Source: Actinomycetota bacterium
GTDB taxonomy: Bacteria > Actinomycetota > Acidimicrobiia > IMCC26256 > PALSA-555
Assembly (NCBI GenBank): GCA_046086425.1
Contig: JBJSXO010000060.1
Span: 1-44,295 of the forward strand
Direction of reading: 5' to 3'
Length of the DNA stretch: 44,295 nt
Shown: piece after piece, positions 1 through 7,476 of the stretch
Layout of the letters: every line of letters begins with the position of its first letter
How positions within the stretch are numbered: the first letter of the stretch is position 1
Position numbers and translations under genes: made by a program
Notes under the pieces: generated by a model
Seen by the model: the letters and a program-made list of their open reading frames with translations, nothing else
Told to the model about the DNA's origin: nothing
The model's database searches: none

Positions 1-1
1 G

Positions 2-559
2 CCGGAGCCGGCCGGCCGTGCGGCCGCCGAGCCCGACCCGCACCACGGCTTCCACTGGTGCTACGTGCCCCTGCGCTTCGACGACTACGCCCTCGTGTTC
101 ATCGCCCAGGAGGACGCCAACGGCGCCCGGAGCCTCGACGACGCGCTGCGGGTGTGGCCCGACGGCCGGGTCGACAACCTCGGCTACCCGACCTACGACA
201 TCACGTACCGGTCGGGGACGCGCAGCCCGACGTCGGCCCGCATCACCGCCCACGAGCCCGACGGATCGCCGCTCGTGATCGACGTCGAGACCCTCGGGCA
301 CGTGGCCCTGTCGGCCGGATGCGGCTACGGGCCCGACCCGCAGTGGACTCACGGCGTGTGGCGCGGCCGGGGCTGGACCGAGGGGTCGGTCTACGACCTG
401 GACGACCCGGCCAACCTGATCGCCACCCAGTACGCGATGCTCGACCACCTCGGGCGGGCGACGGTCGCCGGCCGGGTCGGCCACGGCTTGTTCGAGCACG
501 TGTGCGCGGGCCGGCATCTCCCCTCCGGCTTCACCGACGCCGCCCAGATGGCACCCTGA
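2..559 (+). CDS. Hypothetical protein, 5'-truncated by the window edge
   Basis: The frame is open from base 2; PEPAGRAAAEPDPHHGFHWCY precedes the GTG listed at 65. Stop TGA at 557-559. Third codon positions are G/C-rich and the composition is globular. No family recognised. Confidence 0.6.
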   Translation, partial: PEPAGRAAAEPDPHHGFHWCYVPLRFDDYALVFIAQEDANGARSLDDALRVWPDGRVDNLGYPTYDITYRSGTRSPTSARITAHEPDGSPLVIDVETLGHVALSAGCGYGPDPQWTHGVWRGRGWTEGSVYDLDDPANLIATQYAMLDHLGRATVAGRVGHGLFEHVCAGRHLPSGFTDAAQMAP

Positions 560-594
560 GCCAAGCCGTCCGCCGCGCGGGATACGTTCGCGCC

Positions 595-1131
595 ATGCTG
601 CGCGTCTTCGCCTTCGACCGCCTCGGCGTGGTGCTCGCCGACCTCTACTTCCAGGACCCTCGGCCCGAGCCGGGCCAGGAGGGCGCAGAGCGGGGCGTCC
701 GGGTGGAGCTGCGGTGGATGGAGGCCGGCGAGCCCCGGGGCTCGATCTACGCGGCGCGACCGATCGCCCTGGGGGACCCCATCTGGCGGGTCGACCTCCT
801 CGAGTCGGTGGACGGGCCGCCGGGGTCGTTCGACCGGGCCCACCACCACCCCCGCTTCACCGACTGGGAGCCGGGACGGCGCCGGTTCGTCCCGGAGCTG
901 AGCGCAGACCCGGTAGGTTGGTTCGCCGAGCGGCTCGGCGACCTCGCCACCGTGCTCGCCGAGGCCGGCGTCGACCCGGCGGAGGTGGGACCACACGACG
1001 TGGAGGAAATCCGGGCGGCGGTCCCCGAGATCGTCGCCGGTCTCCGGGACCTCCTCGACGGCGTGCACCAGGGCCGTCTTGCGCGCCCGCTCGCCGACGC
1101 CGGCGAAGCGACCCGACTCAGCTGGCTCTGA
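595..1131 (+). CDS. Hypothetical protein (178 aa)
   Basis: ATG at 595 lies inside the 58..1131 ORF, just after the upstream stop. The sequence from MLRVFAFDRLGVVLADLYFQ onward looks protein-like, whereas the part of the ORF before 595 is Arg/Pro shadow overlapping the previous gene. Confidence 0.55.
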   Translation: MLRVFAFDRLGVVLADLYFQDPRPEPGQEGAERGVRVELRWMEAGEPRGSIYAARPIALGDPIWRVDLLESVDGPPGSFDRAHHHPRFTDWEPGRRRFVPELSADPVGWFAERLGDLATVLAEAGVDPAEVGPHDVEEIRAAVPEIVAGLRDLLDGVHQGRLARPLADAGEATRLSWL

Positions 1132-1167
1132 GTCCGGCCGGCGCGCGCCGGTGGTCGCATGGGCGGA

Positions 1168-1680
1168 TCAGGAACCGGGCGGCGGGCGTAGCGACTCTGC
1201 GAAGCTCCCGCTCGCCGCGCCGGTGAAACCGTGCTGACGCCAGGCCTCGTACACCACCACGCCGACGGCGTTGGCGAGGTTGAGACTGCGGTTCGCCGGG
1301 CGCATCGGGATGCCGAGCCGGTGCACGGGTGGGAACTCGGCCAGGAGTACTTCGCCGAGCCCGGTCGCCTCGCACCCGAACACCACCACGTCGTCATCGC
1401 GAAACTCGACCTGGTCGTAGCGCTGGTGGGGAACACGCGACGTGGTGGCGAGCCACCGGCGCGACGGGCCGAGCGCGTCCCGGCAGTCGGTCCAGGTGTC
1501 CCAGACCCGGGTCTCGGTGAGCTCGTGGTAGTCGAGACCACCGCGGCGCACCGCAGCCGCGTCGAGGTCGAAGCCGAGCGGGCGCACGAGGTGCAGCCGG
1601 GCACCGACGTTCGCGCACAGCCGGATGATGTTGCCGGTGTTCGTCGCGATCTGCGGCGCCACCAGCACGATGTCGAGCAT
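1168..1680 (-). CDS. trmL: tRNA (cytidine/uridine-2'-O)-methyltransferase, SpoU/TrmH family, TrmL-like (170 aa)
   Basis: MLDIVLVAPQIATNTGNIIRLCANVGARLHLV, VVVFGCEATGL and IPMRPANRSLNLANAVGVVVYEAWRQ are the SPOUT knot motifs, and the size is typical of TrmL. The ATG at 1680 sits inside the longer shadow ORF 1168..2478. Confidence 0.85.
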   Translation of the reverse strand: MLDIVLVAPQIATNTGNIIRLCANVGARLHLVRPLGFDLDAAAVRRGGLDYHELTETRVWDTWTDCRDALGPSRRWLATTSRVPHQRYDQVEFRDDDVVVFGCEATGLGEVLLAEFPPVHRLGIPMRPANRSLNLANAVGVVVYEAWRQHGFTGAASGSFAESLRPPPGS

Positions 1681-1691
1681 CGCCGGTCTGC

Positions 1692-1910
1692 CTACTCCTC
1701 GCCCCCGTACTTGAACGAGACCTTGATCTTGGCCCGGTAGGCGCTCACCGAACCGTCCTCCGCGATCACGAGGTCGAGCTCCACGACCTCGGCGACGCGC
1801 AGGTCCCGCAGGGTCCGCGAGGCCTGGGCCACCGCTGCGGCTGCGGCCTTCTCCCAGCTCTCGGTGCTGGTGCCCACCAACTCGATGATCTTGTAGACGC
1901 TCTCGGCCAT
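1692..1910 (-). CDS. Dodecin family flavin-binding module (72 aa); possible independent initiation inside the fusion ORF
   Basis: MAESVYKIIELVGTSTESWEKAAAAAVAQASRTLRDLRVAEVVELDLVIAEDGSVSAYRAKIKVSFKY is a full-length dodecin. GAGGA lies about 12 nt upstream of the ATG at 1910. Confidence 0.5.
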   Translation of the reverse strand: MAESVYKIIELVGTSTESWEKAAAAAVAQASRTLRDLRVAEVVELDLVIAEDGSVSAYRAKIKVSFKYGGEE

Positions 1911-2450
1911 CTCGGCTCGCTTTCCTCGTGACTCGGCGGGGCGCGTGGCTCCCGGCTCGCTCCCGTCCCCCGTGCGGGCGGCGACCGGCGGCAGCGTGTC
2001 GTCGGCGGCGGTGACCGTGGTGATCGGCACGTCGAACCGCCGTGCGGCCCGGCGGACGAGGTCGAGCCGGAGCCACTGCGACACACGGGCGGGCAGCGTG
2101 GAGATGATGATCTCGTCGAAGTCCCGGTCGGCCACCGCAGCGCTCATCGCCGACATCGGGTCGCCCACGACGGAGCCCTCGGCCTCGACCCCTGCGGCGC
2201 GGAACCACTCCAGCAGCGCCGTGAGTCGATCCTGCGCGATCGCCCGGAGCTGGTCTTGCTCGCCGTAGTCGATCACGGTGATGCCGCTCATCACCCCCAT
2301 CGCGCCGCCCGGGTCGATCGGGGCCGGAGCCGACACCGGCACCAGGACGACGAAGCGGGCCCGGGCGTCGGACTCGACGATTCCGCGCAGGCGCGCGGCC
2401 AGGGCTTCCCCACCCAACGTCTTGTTGGCGACGACCAAGAACGACCCCAT
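1692..2450 (-). CDS. USP-like (adenine-nucleotide alpha-hydrolase-like) domain fused in frame to a C-terminal dodecin domain (252 aa)
   Basis: The ATG at 2450 gives MGSFLVVANKTLGGEALAARL...FDEIIISTLPARVSQWLRLDLVRRAARRFDVPITTV. A Pro/Gly/Arg linker follows, then the dodecin module, with no stop codon between them. This is the 3' part of the listed 1692..4505 ORF. Confidence 0.55.
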   Translation of the reverse strand: MGSFLVVANKTLGGEALAARLRGIVESDARARFVVLVPVSAPAPIDPGGAMGVMSGITVIDYGEQDQLRAIAQDRLTALLEWFRAAGVEAEGSVVGDPMSAMSAAVADRDFDEIIISTLPARVSQWLRLDLVRRAARRFDVPITTVTAADDTLPPVAARTGDGSEPGATRPAESRGKRAEMAESVYKIIELVGTSTESWEKAAAAAVAQASRTLRDLRVAEVVELDLVIAEDGSVSAYRAKIKVSFKYGGEE

Positions 2451-2576
2451 GGCGCGCACCCCCCCGGCGCCGCCGCACCCTAGACCACCGGCGACTGGTC
2501 CGTGGCGGGGACGGACGACGCCCGGTACGGTCACGGCGTTCTCTCCCTTCTCCGACGTACCGGAGCGCGGCCGCTC

Positions 2577-4586
2577 ATGGACAGTTCCGCCTATCCGCAC
2601 CTCCTCGCTCCGGGTCGGATCGGCTCGCTCGAGTTGCGCAACCGGATCGCCCTGTGCCCGATGGGCATGCTGCTCGGGAACGAGGACGGCACCGTCAGCG
2701 AGAACGAAGCCGCGTTCTACGAGACCCGCGCGCGTGGGGGTGCCGGGCTGCTGATCGTCGGCACGGTGTGTGTCGCCTACCCAGAGGGTACGAACCACCC
2801 GCGCATGCCCGGGGTGTCGGACGACCGCTTCCTGCCCGGCATGCGCAACCTCGCCGAGCGGGTACATCGCCACGGGGGGCGCATCGCCGCCCAGCTCAAC
2901 TACATGGGCACCTACTCCTTCGTCGATGCGATGGAAGGACGGCCGCGCCTGGTGCCCTACGCACTGCCCGCACCCCGTCCCGACCGGGTTTCGATGATGA
3001 TGACGCCCGAGGAGATGGGGATGCAGGCCGGGCCGTTCCTCGCGCCCACCACCAACCTGCGCTACCGGGTGGCCACCGAAGACGACATTGCGCGCGTCAT
3101 CGACCTCTTTGCTGCGGCGGCCGATCGCTGCGTGCGCGCGGGCTACGACGGGGTGGAGCTCCACGCCGGCCACGGCTACCTGATCGACGAGTTCCTCTCC
3201 CCCCGGAATACTCGTGACGACGGCTGGGGCGGCACGCTCGACTACCGCGCCCGCTTCCTGCTCGAGGTCGTCAGCGCCGTTCGTGCGCGCGTCGGCCACG
3301 ACTACCCGGTGTGGATGCGCATCAACGCCTACGAACGCCACCACGAGGTCGGCGAGCAGTTCGACGAGCAGCTCCGGATCATCGAGATGGCCGTCGCCGC
3401 CGGCCTCGACGCGGTCCATGTCAGCGCCTACGGCAACACCGACGTGGCCACGGTCGCCACCGACTCCTATGCGCCGCACACCGTCGGGCCGCTTCCCGAC
3501 CACGCAGCGACAGTGCGTGCCCGGGTCGACGTCCCCGTGATCACGTTCGGTCGGCTCGAGCCCGACGAGGCGGAGCGGGTCCTTGCGGAGGGCAAGGCCG
3601 ACTTCGTGGCGATGGGCCGCAAGTTGCTCGCCGACCCCGACCTCCCCCGCAAGCTGGAGTCCGGCCGTCTCGACGACGTTCGCCCCTGCATCTACGCGTA
3701 CCGGTGCATCGGGAACATCGCGTTGCGAGTGCCCACCAACTGCGTCGTGAACGCGCAAACCGGCCGGGAGCACGACCTCCGCCTCGAACCGGCGGCGACG
3801 CCCCGCGCCGTGCTCGTCGTCGGCGGTGGGCCGGCCGGCCTCGAGGCGGCGCGGCTCCTCGCCGCTCGGGGCCATCAGGTCACCCTGCGGGAGGCGTCCG
3901 ACCGACTCGGCGGCCTCCTCGTCACCGCAGGCCTGGTCGACCCCCTGCTCGACCGGTGGCTCGGCTGGCTCGTCCGTCAGGTGGAGCGGGCCGACGTGAC
4001 GATCGAGCTCGGTGCACGGGTCACCGCCGACTCCGTCCCCGAGCCCTTCACCCACGTCGTCGTGGCCACGGGACCGGCGTGGGTGCCGGCCCCTTTGCCT
4101 GGCGTTGCGCGCGCGGTGCACGTCACCGACCTCGGTGAGTGGCTCCGGGCCGACGACGCCTCGGTCGGTGCGCATGTGGTGATCGTCGGCGAGGGCAAGC
4201 CGGCGGTCTCGCTCGCCGGACTCTGCGAGCAGCGCGGCCGCAGCGTGACCGCCGTCGGCGAGACCGGCGTCTTCGCGCCCGAGCTCGGCCTGCCCGGGCG
4301 CTTCGAGCTCGTCACCGACCTGCTCCACCGCGGGGTGCGTCTCATGGGGCCGGCGACCGTCGACTATGTCGGCGAGAGGGCGGTCACCGCCACTGCGCAC
4401 GACGCCACCGAGGACATCGTCGCCGACACCGTGATCGTCACGACCGGCGCCGCACCCGACCCCCGGCTCGCCGACGAGATCGCCGCAACCGGGCGTGCGG
4501 CGCACGCGATCGGGGACTGCCGGTCGGTCGGCGCCATCGAGGGGGCGACGAGCTCCGCGCTGGCCGTCGCCCGGGCTATCGACTGA
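2577..4586 (+). CDS. NADH:flavin oxidoreductase, OYE-like TIM barrel plus FAD/NAD(P) domain (2,4-dienoyl-CoA reductase FadH-like architecture), 669 aa
   Basis: N-terminus LELRNRIALCPMG...AAFYETRARGGAGLLIVG...HRHGGRIAAQLNYMG...GYDGVELHAGHGYLIDEFLSPRNT. Rossmann motif VLVVGGGPAGLEAARLLAARGHQVTLRE. The ATG at 2577 was chosen over the GTG at 2502. Confidence 0.8.
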   Translation: MDSSAYPHLLAPGRIGSLELRNRIALCPMGMLLGNEDGTVSENEAAFYETRARGGAGLLIVGTVCVAYPEGTNHPRMPGVSDDRFLPGMRNLAERVHRHGGRIAAQLNYMGTYSFVDAMEGRPRLVPYALPAPRPDRVSMMMTPEEMGMQAGPFLAPTTNLRYRVATEDDIARVIDLFAAAADRCVRAGYDGVELHAGHGYLIDEFLSPRNTRDDGWGGTLDYRARFLLEVVSAVRARVGHDYPVWMRINAYERHHEVGEQFDEQLRIIEMAVAAGLDAVHVSAYGNTDVATVATDSYAPHTVGPLPDHAATVRARVDVPVITFGRLEPDEAERVLAEGKADFVAMGRKLLADPDLPRKLESGRLDDVRPCIYAYRCIGNIALRVPTNCVVNAQTGREHDLRLEPAATPRAVLVVGGGPAGLEAARLLAARGHQVTLREASDRLGGLLVTAGLVDPLLDRWLGWLVRQVERADVTIELGARVTADSVPEPFTHVVVATGPAWVPAPLPGVARAVHVTDLGEWLRADDASVGAHVVIVGEGKPAVSLAGLCEQRGRSVTAVGETGVFAPELGLPGRFELVTDLLHRGVRLMGPATVDYVGERAVTATAHDATEDIVADTVIVTTGAAPDPRLADEIAATGRAAHAIGDCRSVGAIEGATSSALAVARAID

Positions 4587-4613
4587 GCAAACGCTCCGCC
4601 GTGGGTCCGAAAC

Positions 4614-5543
4614 TCACGCGGCAACCCAGCGCGCGGCACGCATCATGCCGCCGGTGATCGGCGGTACGACGAGCCGGTCGGTGACCGGCAGGATGGGCAG
4701 CCGCAAGCCGATTCGCGCGTCGACCGGGAGCAACCCGACCGCTGCCGCAGTGAACGGCGCGTAGGCAACCCGCTCGGCGAGCGAGAGATCCGGGGGCACG
4801 AGCAGGTAGTGCGCGGCCCGTCGGGCCTCACGGGTGGCGCGCAACTCGGGCCCGAACCCACGCAGCGCCTGCGCCAGCTCGTCGAGGTTGTGTGGCGCCG
4901 GGTCGGAGCCCAACGCGTGCGCGACCTCGGCCATCTCGTCGACGTACCGGTCGTACGCCCGATCGTCGAGACGCTCGGCGCCGTAGCGGCGGTGCGCAGT
5001 GATGAAGCTGGCGACCTCGACGATGTGCACCCACAACAGCAGGTGCGGGTCACTCGCCGCGTAGGGGCGCCCATCGGGCGCCACCCCGACGACCTTCGTG
5101 TGGATGCGGCGGACCTGCGTGATGGCCCGGCCGGCGGCGTCCCGGGTCCCGAAGGTGACGGTGCCGAGGAAGCGGCCCGTGCGGTGGAGCCGGCCCCACG
5201 GATCCTCGCGATAGGTGCTGTGCTCGGCCACTCCGGCCATCGCGAGCGGGTGCAGGCTCTGCCGGAAGACCGCCAGGAGGCCACCCACGAACATCGCCGG
5301 GTCGGCGTGGACGGTCCGGACGGGGCTGTCCTCGGCGAACCACGGCTCACCGGTGGCGCCCAGCACCTCCTCGCGGTGGGCCACCGCGTCGGGCCCGCCG
5401 ACGCGGCGGACCAGCGCCGATCCGAGCGACGCGCGCAGATCGGCGAGGCGGGCCGTGACGAACGCCGGCGCGCCGGTTCCCGCGACCAGACGCCCGAGCT
5501 CTCGCTCGAGCTCGCGTGCGCCCGGCACCGCGATCCGCGCCAC
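4614..5543 (-). CDS. DUF2236 / MpaB-family oxygenase-like protein (309 aa)
   Basis: Full-length ORF with a GTG start. The region FVGGLLAVFRQSLHPLAMAGVAEHSTYREDPWGRLHRTGRFLGTVTFGT...VRRIHTKV...DPHLLLWVH matches my recollection of the DUF2236 core. Confidence 0.7.
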   Translation of the reverse strand: MARIAVPGARELERELGRLVAGTGAPAFVTARLADLRASLGSALVRRVGGPDAVAHREEVLGATGEPWFAEDSPVRTVHADPAMFVGGLLAVFRQSLHPLAMAGVAEHSTYREDPWGRLHRTGRFLGTVTFGTRDAAGRAITQVRRIHTKVVGVAPDGRPYAASDPHLLLWVHIVEVASFITAHRRYGAERLDDRAYDRYVDEMAEVAHALGSDPAPHNLDELAQALRGFGPELRATREARRAAHYLLVPPDLSLAERVAYAPFTAAAVGLLPVDARIGLRLPILPVTDRLVVPPITGGMMRAARWVAA

Positions 5544-5620
5544 GAGTGTCCCCTCTCCGACGACGACCTGAGGCCATCACGGTACCCAGGGATCCGGCGA
5601 TGGCGCAGCGCCCCGACGGA

Positions 5621-6142
5621 TCAGGACGGCAGGTTGAAGTTCGCGTGGGCCACGAGACGCCAGCGCGTGCCCGACCACCGGTACGCCGAGATCCGCGGTG
5701 CGGTGCCCGTGCGGTACTGGACGCCGTCGATGGTCTGGTTCGTGGCCACCCCCCAGCGCACCGTGAGCACGTCGTCGTGCTGACGGGCGATGACCGCTTC
5801 GTCGATCGTGAACGTCGTGATCTGGGCCGGGTTGGCGAGGTACTCGGCCCGGTCGGCACCGGTGCCGTCGGCCCGCTGGAGCTGGAACGCCGGGTCGAGG
5901 AACTTCGCCAGCTTCGCCTCGTCACCCTGCTGGAGGATGGTGAGGTACTGCGTGCTCAGGGCCCGGCCGGTCGCCGCCGGGTCCTTCAGGCGCGGTGCGG
6001 GCCGCGCCGTGCTCGCCGCTCCGGCGGGGATCGCGGCCCAGGCGACAGAGGCCGCGACGAGCAGGAGCAGGACGCCGACCGCGAGCCGACGGCGGCGCGG
6101 GAGGCGGTGCGGAAGGCGGTGCGGGGCGAGAGATGTGCGCAT
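5621..6142 (-). CDS. Secreted NTF2-like (DUF4440/SnoaL-like) protein (173 aa)
   Basis: Arg-rich N-terminus followed by a hydrophobic signal (LAVGVLLLLVAASVAWAAIPAGA). The C-terminal region has an NTF2-like pattern (LTVRWGV...YRWSGTRWRLVAHANF). Confidence 0.6.
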   Translation of the reverse strand: MRTSLAPHRLPHRLPRRRRLAVGVLLLLVAASVAWAAIPAGAASTARPAPRLKDPAATGRALSTQYLTILQQGDEAKLAKFLDPAFQLQRADGTGADRAEYLANPAQITTFTIDEAVIARQHDDVLTVRWGVATNQTIDGVQYRTGTAPRISAYRWSGTRWRLVAHANFNLPS

Positions 6143-6198
6143 GAAGAGTGAGTATCGTCTCGGCGCGACGCACGGTGCACATCGAACGCAGGAGACCC

Positions 6199-7434
6199 AT
6201 GGCCGGGGTGGTGCAGATGGTCCGGACGCTCCGGTCGGTGGCGCGCTTCGACCTGCCGTCGGGTGACGCCACCGAGCGGCGGCTGCGGCGGGCCGCCGAC
6301 GTGCGCGACCTGCGTCACCTCGCCCGCCGCCGGCTGCCGCGCGGGGTGTTCGACTACATCGACGGCGGCGCCGAGGACGAGATCACCCTCGACGCCAACG
6401 CGGCGGCGTACCGCGCGCTGCGTTTCCACACCCGTGTCCTCGAGGACGTCGGTACCGTCGACCCGTCGGTCGAGCTGTTCGGACGGCGTCTCGCTATCCC
6501 GCTGTTCCTCGCCCCCACCGGGTTCACCCGCATCGCCGATCCCGACGGCGAGCTCGCCGTCGCCCGCGCCGCAGCGCGCGCCGGTCTCCCCTACGCCCTG
6601 TCCACCCTTGCCACCCGTTCGATCGAGGAGGTTGCCGCTGCCGGCGGGCCCGACGCCGACCACTGGTTCCAGGTGTACATGTGGCGCGACCGGGGCCTGG
6701 TCCGCGCAATGATCGAACGCGCCGCCGCCGGCGGATACCGAGGGCTGATGCTCACCGTCGACACCGCCGTGTTCGGTCGCCGCGAACGTGACGTGCGTCG
6801 CGGCTTCGCGCTCCCGCCGACCATCGGCTGGGACAGCCTCGTCGACGGTGCCCTCCACCCCGGGTGGACGCTTCGGTTCCTGCGGAGCGAACCCATCCGC
6901 TTCGCCAACGTGGTCGGTACCGAGGGCGACGCCGGCGACGGATCCGATCCGGTGAACCTGTCCGATTACATCAACGCCCAGTTCGACTCCACCCTCACCT
7001 GGGCCGATCTCGACTGGCTCCGCACTCTCTGGTCCGGACCGATCCTGGTCAAGGGCATCCAGACCGTACGCGACGCGCAGCGCGCCGTCGACCACGGCGC
7101 CGACGGCGTCGTCGTGTCCAACCACGGTGGCCGCCAACTCGACGGCGTGCCCGCCACCGTCACGCTGCTTCCCGCCATCGCCGATGCCGTCGCCGAGCGC
7201 ACCGTCGTCATCTGCGACGGCGGCATCCGCCGCGGGAGCGACATCGTCAAGGCCGTCGCCCTCGGCGCCCACGCCGCCATGGCCGGCCGCGCCTACCTCT
7301 ACGGCCTCGGCGCCGCCGGCGAACGCGGTGTCGAGCACGTCCTCGGGATGCTCGACAGCGGAGTCCGTCGCACCATGGCGCTCCTCGGCGCCCCCACCAC
7401 CGCCGCCATCGAGCGCACCATGGTCAGCGGCTGA
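6199..7434 (+). CDS. lldD: FMN-dependent alpha-hydroxy-acid dehydrogenase, L-lactate dehydrogenase LldD2-like (411 aa)
   Basis: PRGVFDYIDGGAEDE, PLFLAPTGF, WFQVYMWRDR, LTVDTAVFGRRERD, ILVKGIQT, VVVSNHGGRQLDG, DGGIRRGSD and GRAYLYGL are glycolate-oxidase/LldD family motifs. GGAGAC lies 2 nt before the ATG at 6199. Confidence 0.85.
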   Translation: MAGVVQMVRTLRSVARFDLPSGDATERRLRRAADVRDLRHLARRRLPRGVFDYIDGGAEDEITLDANAAAYRALRFHTRVLEDVGTVDPSVELFGRRLAIPLFLAPTGFTRIADPDGELAVARAAARAGLPYALSTLATRSIEEVAAAGGPDADHWFQVYMWRDRGLVRAMIERAAAGGYRGLMLTVDTAVFGRRERDVRRGFALPPTIGWDSLVDGALHPGWTLRFLRSEPIRFANVVGTEGDAGDGSDPVNLSDYINAQFDSTLTWADLDWLRTLWSGPILVKGIQTVRDAQRAVDHGADGVVVSNHGGRQLDGVPATVTLLPAIADAVAERTVVICDGGIRRGSDIVKAVALGAHAAMAGRAYLYGLGAAGERGVEHVLGMLDSGVRRTMALLGAPTTAAIERTMVSG

Positions 7435-7451
7435 GACCAGTCACCAAGGCT

Positions 7452-7468
7452 CCGTCGCGTACCGACGG
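7452..7468. terminator. Short hairpin between convergent lldD and the FUSC gene
   Basis: CCGTCG-cgtac-CGACGG sits in the 42-nt convergent gap. There is no U-tract. Confidence 0.25.
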
Positions 7469-7476
7469 CGGGGCGT

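Noticed and set aside
58-594. N-terminal 179 codons of the 357-aa ORF 58..1131
   Set aside because: This part overlaps the better-supported frame 2..559 and reads as Arg/Pro-rich shadow. Protein-like sequence begins at the ATG at 595, right after the neighbouring gene's stop.
1911-4505. The 937-aa minus-strand ORF (1692..4505), and similar very long ORFs at 5986..7338 (-), 7522..8874 (+), 24154..26802 (+), 40976..42616 (-), 42058..43152 (+), 43298..44164 (-) and others
   Set aside because: These translations are Arg/Pro/Gly/Asp-rich low-complexity sequence lying opposite to, or out of frame with, genes that have clear family motifs. They are typical stop-free shadow frames of about 70% GC DNA. 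Only the 3' 759 nt of 1692..4505 looks coding.
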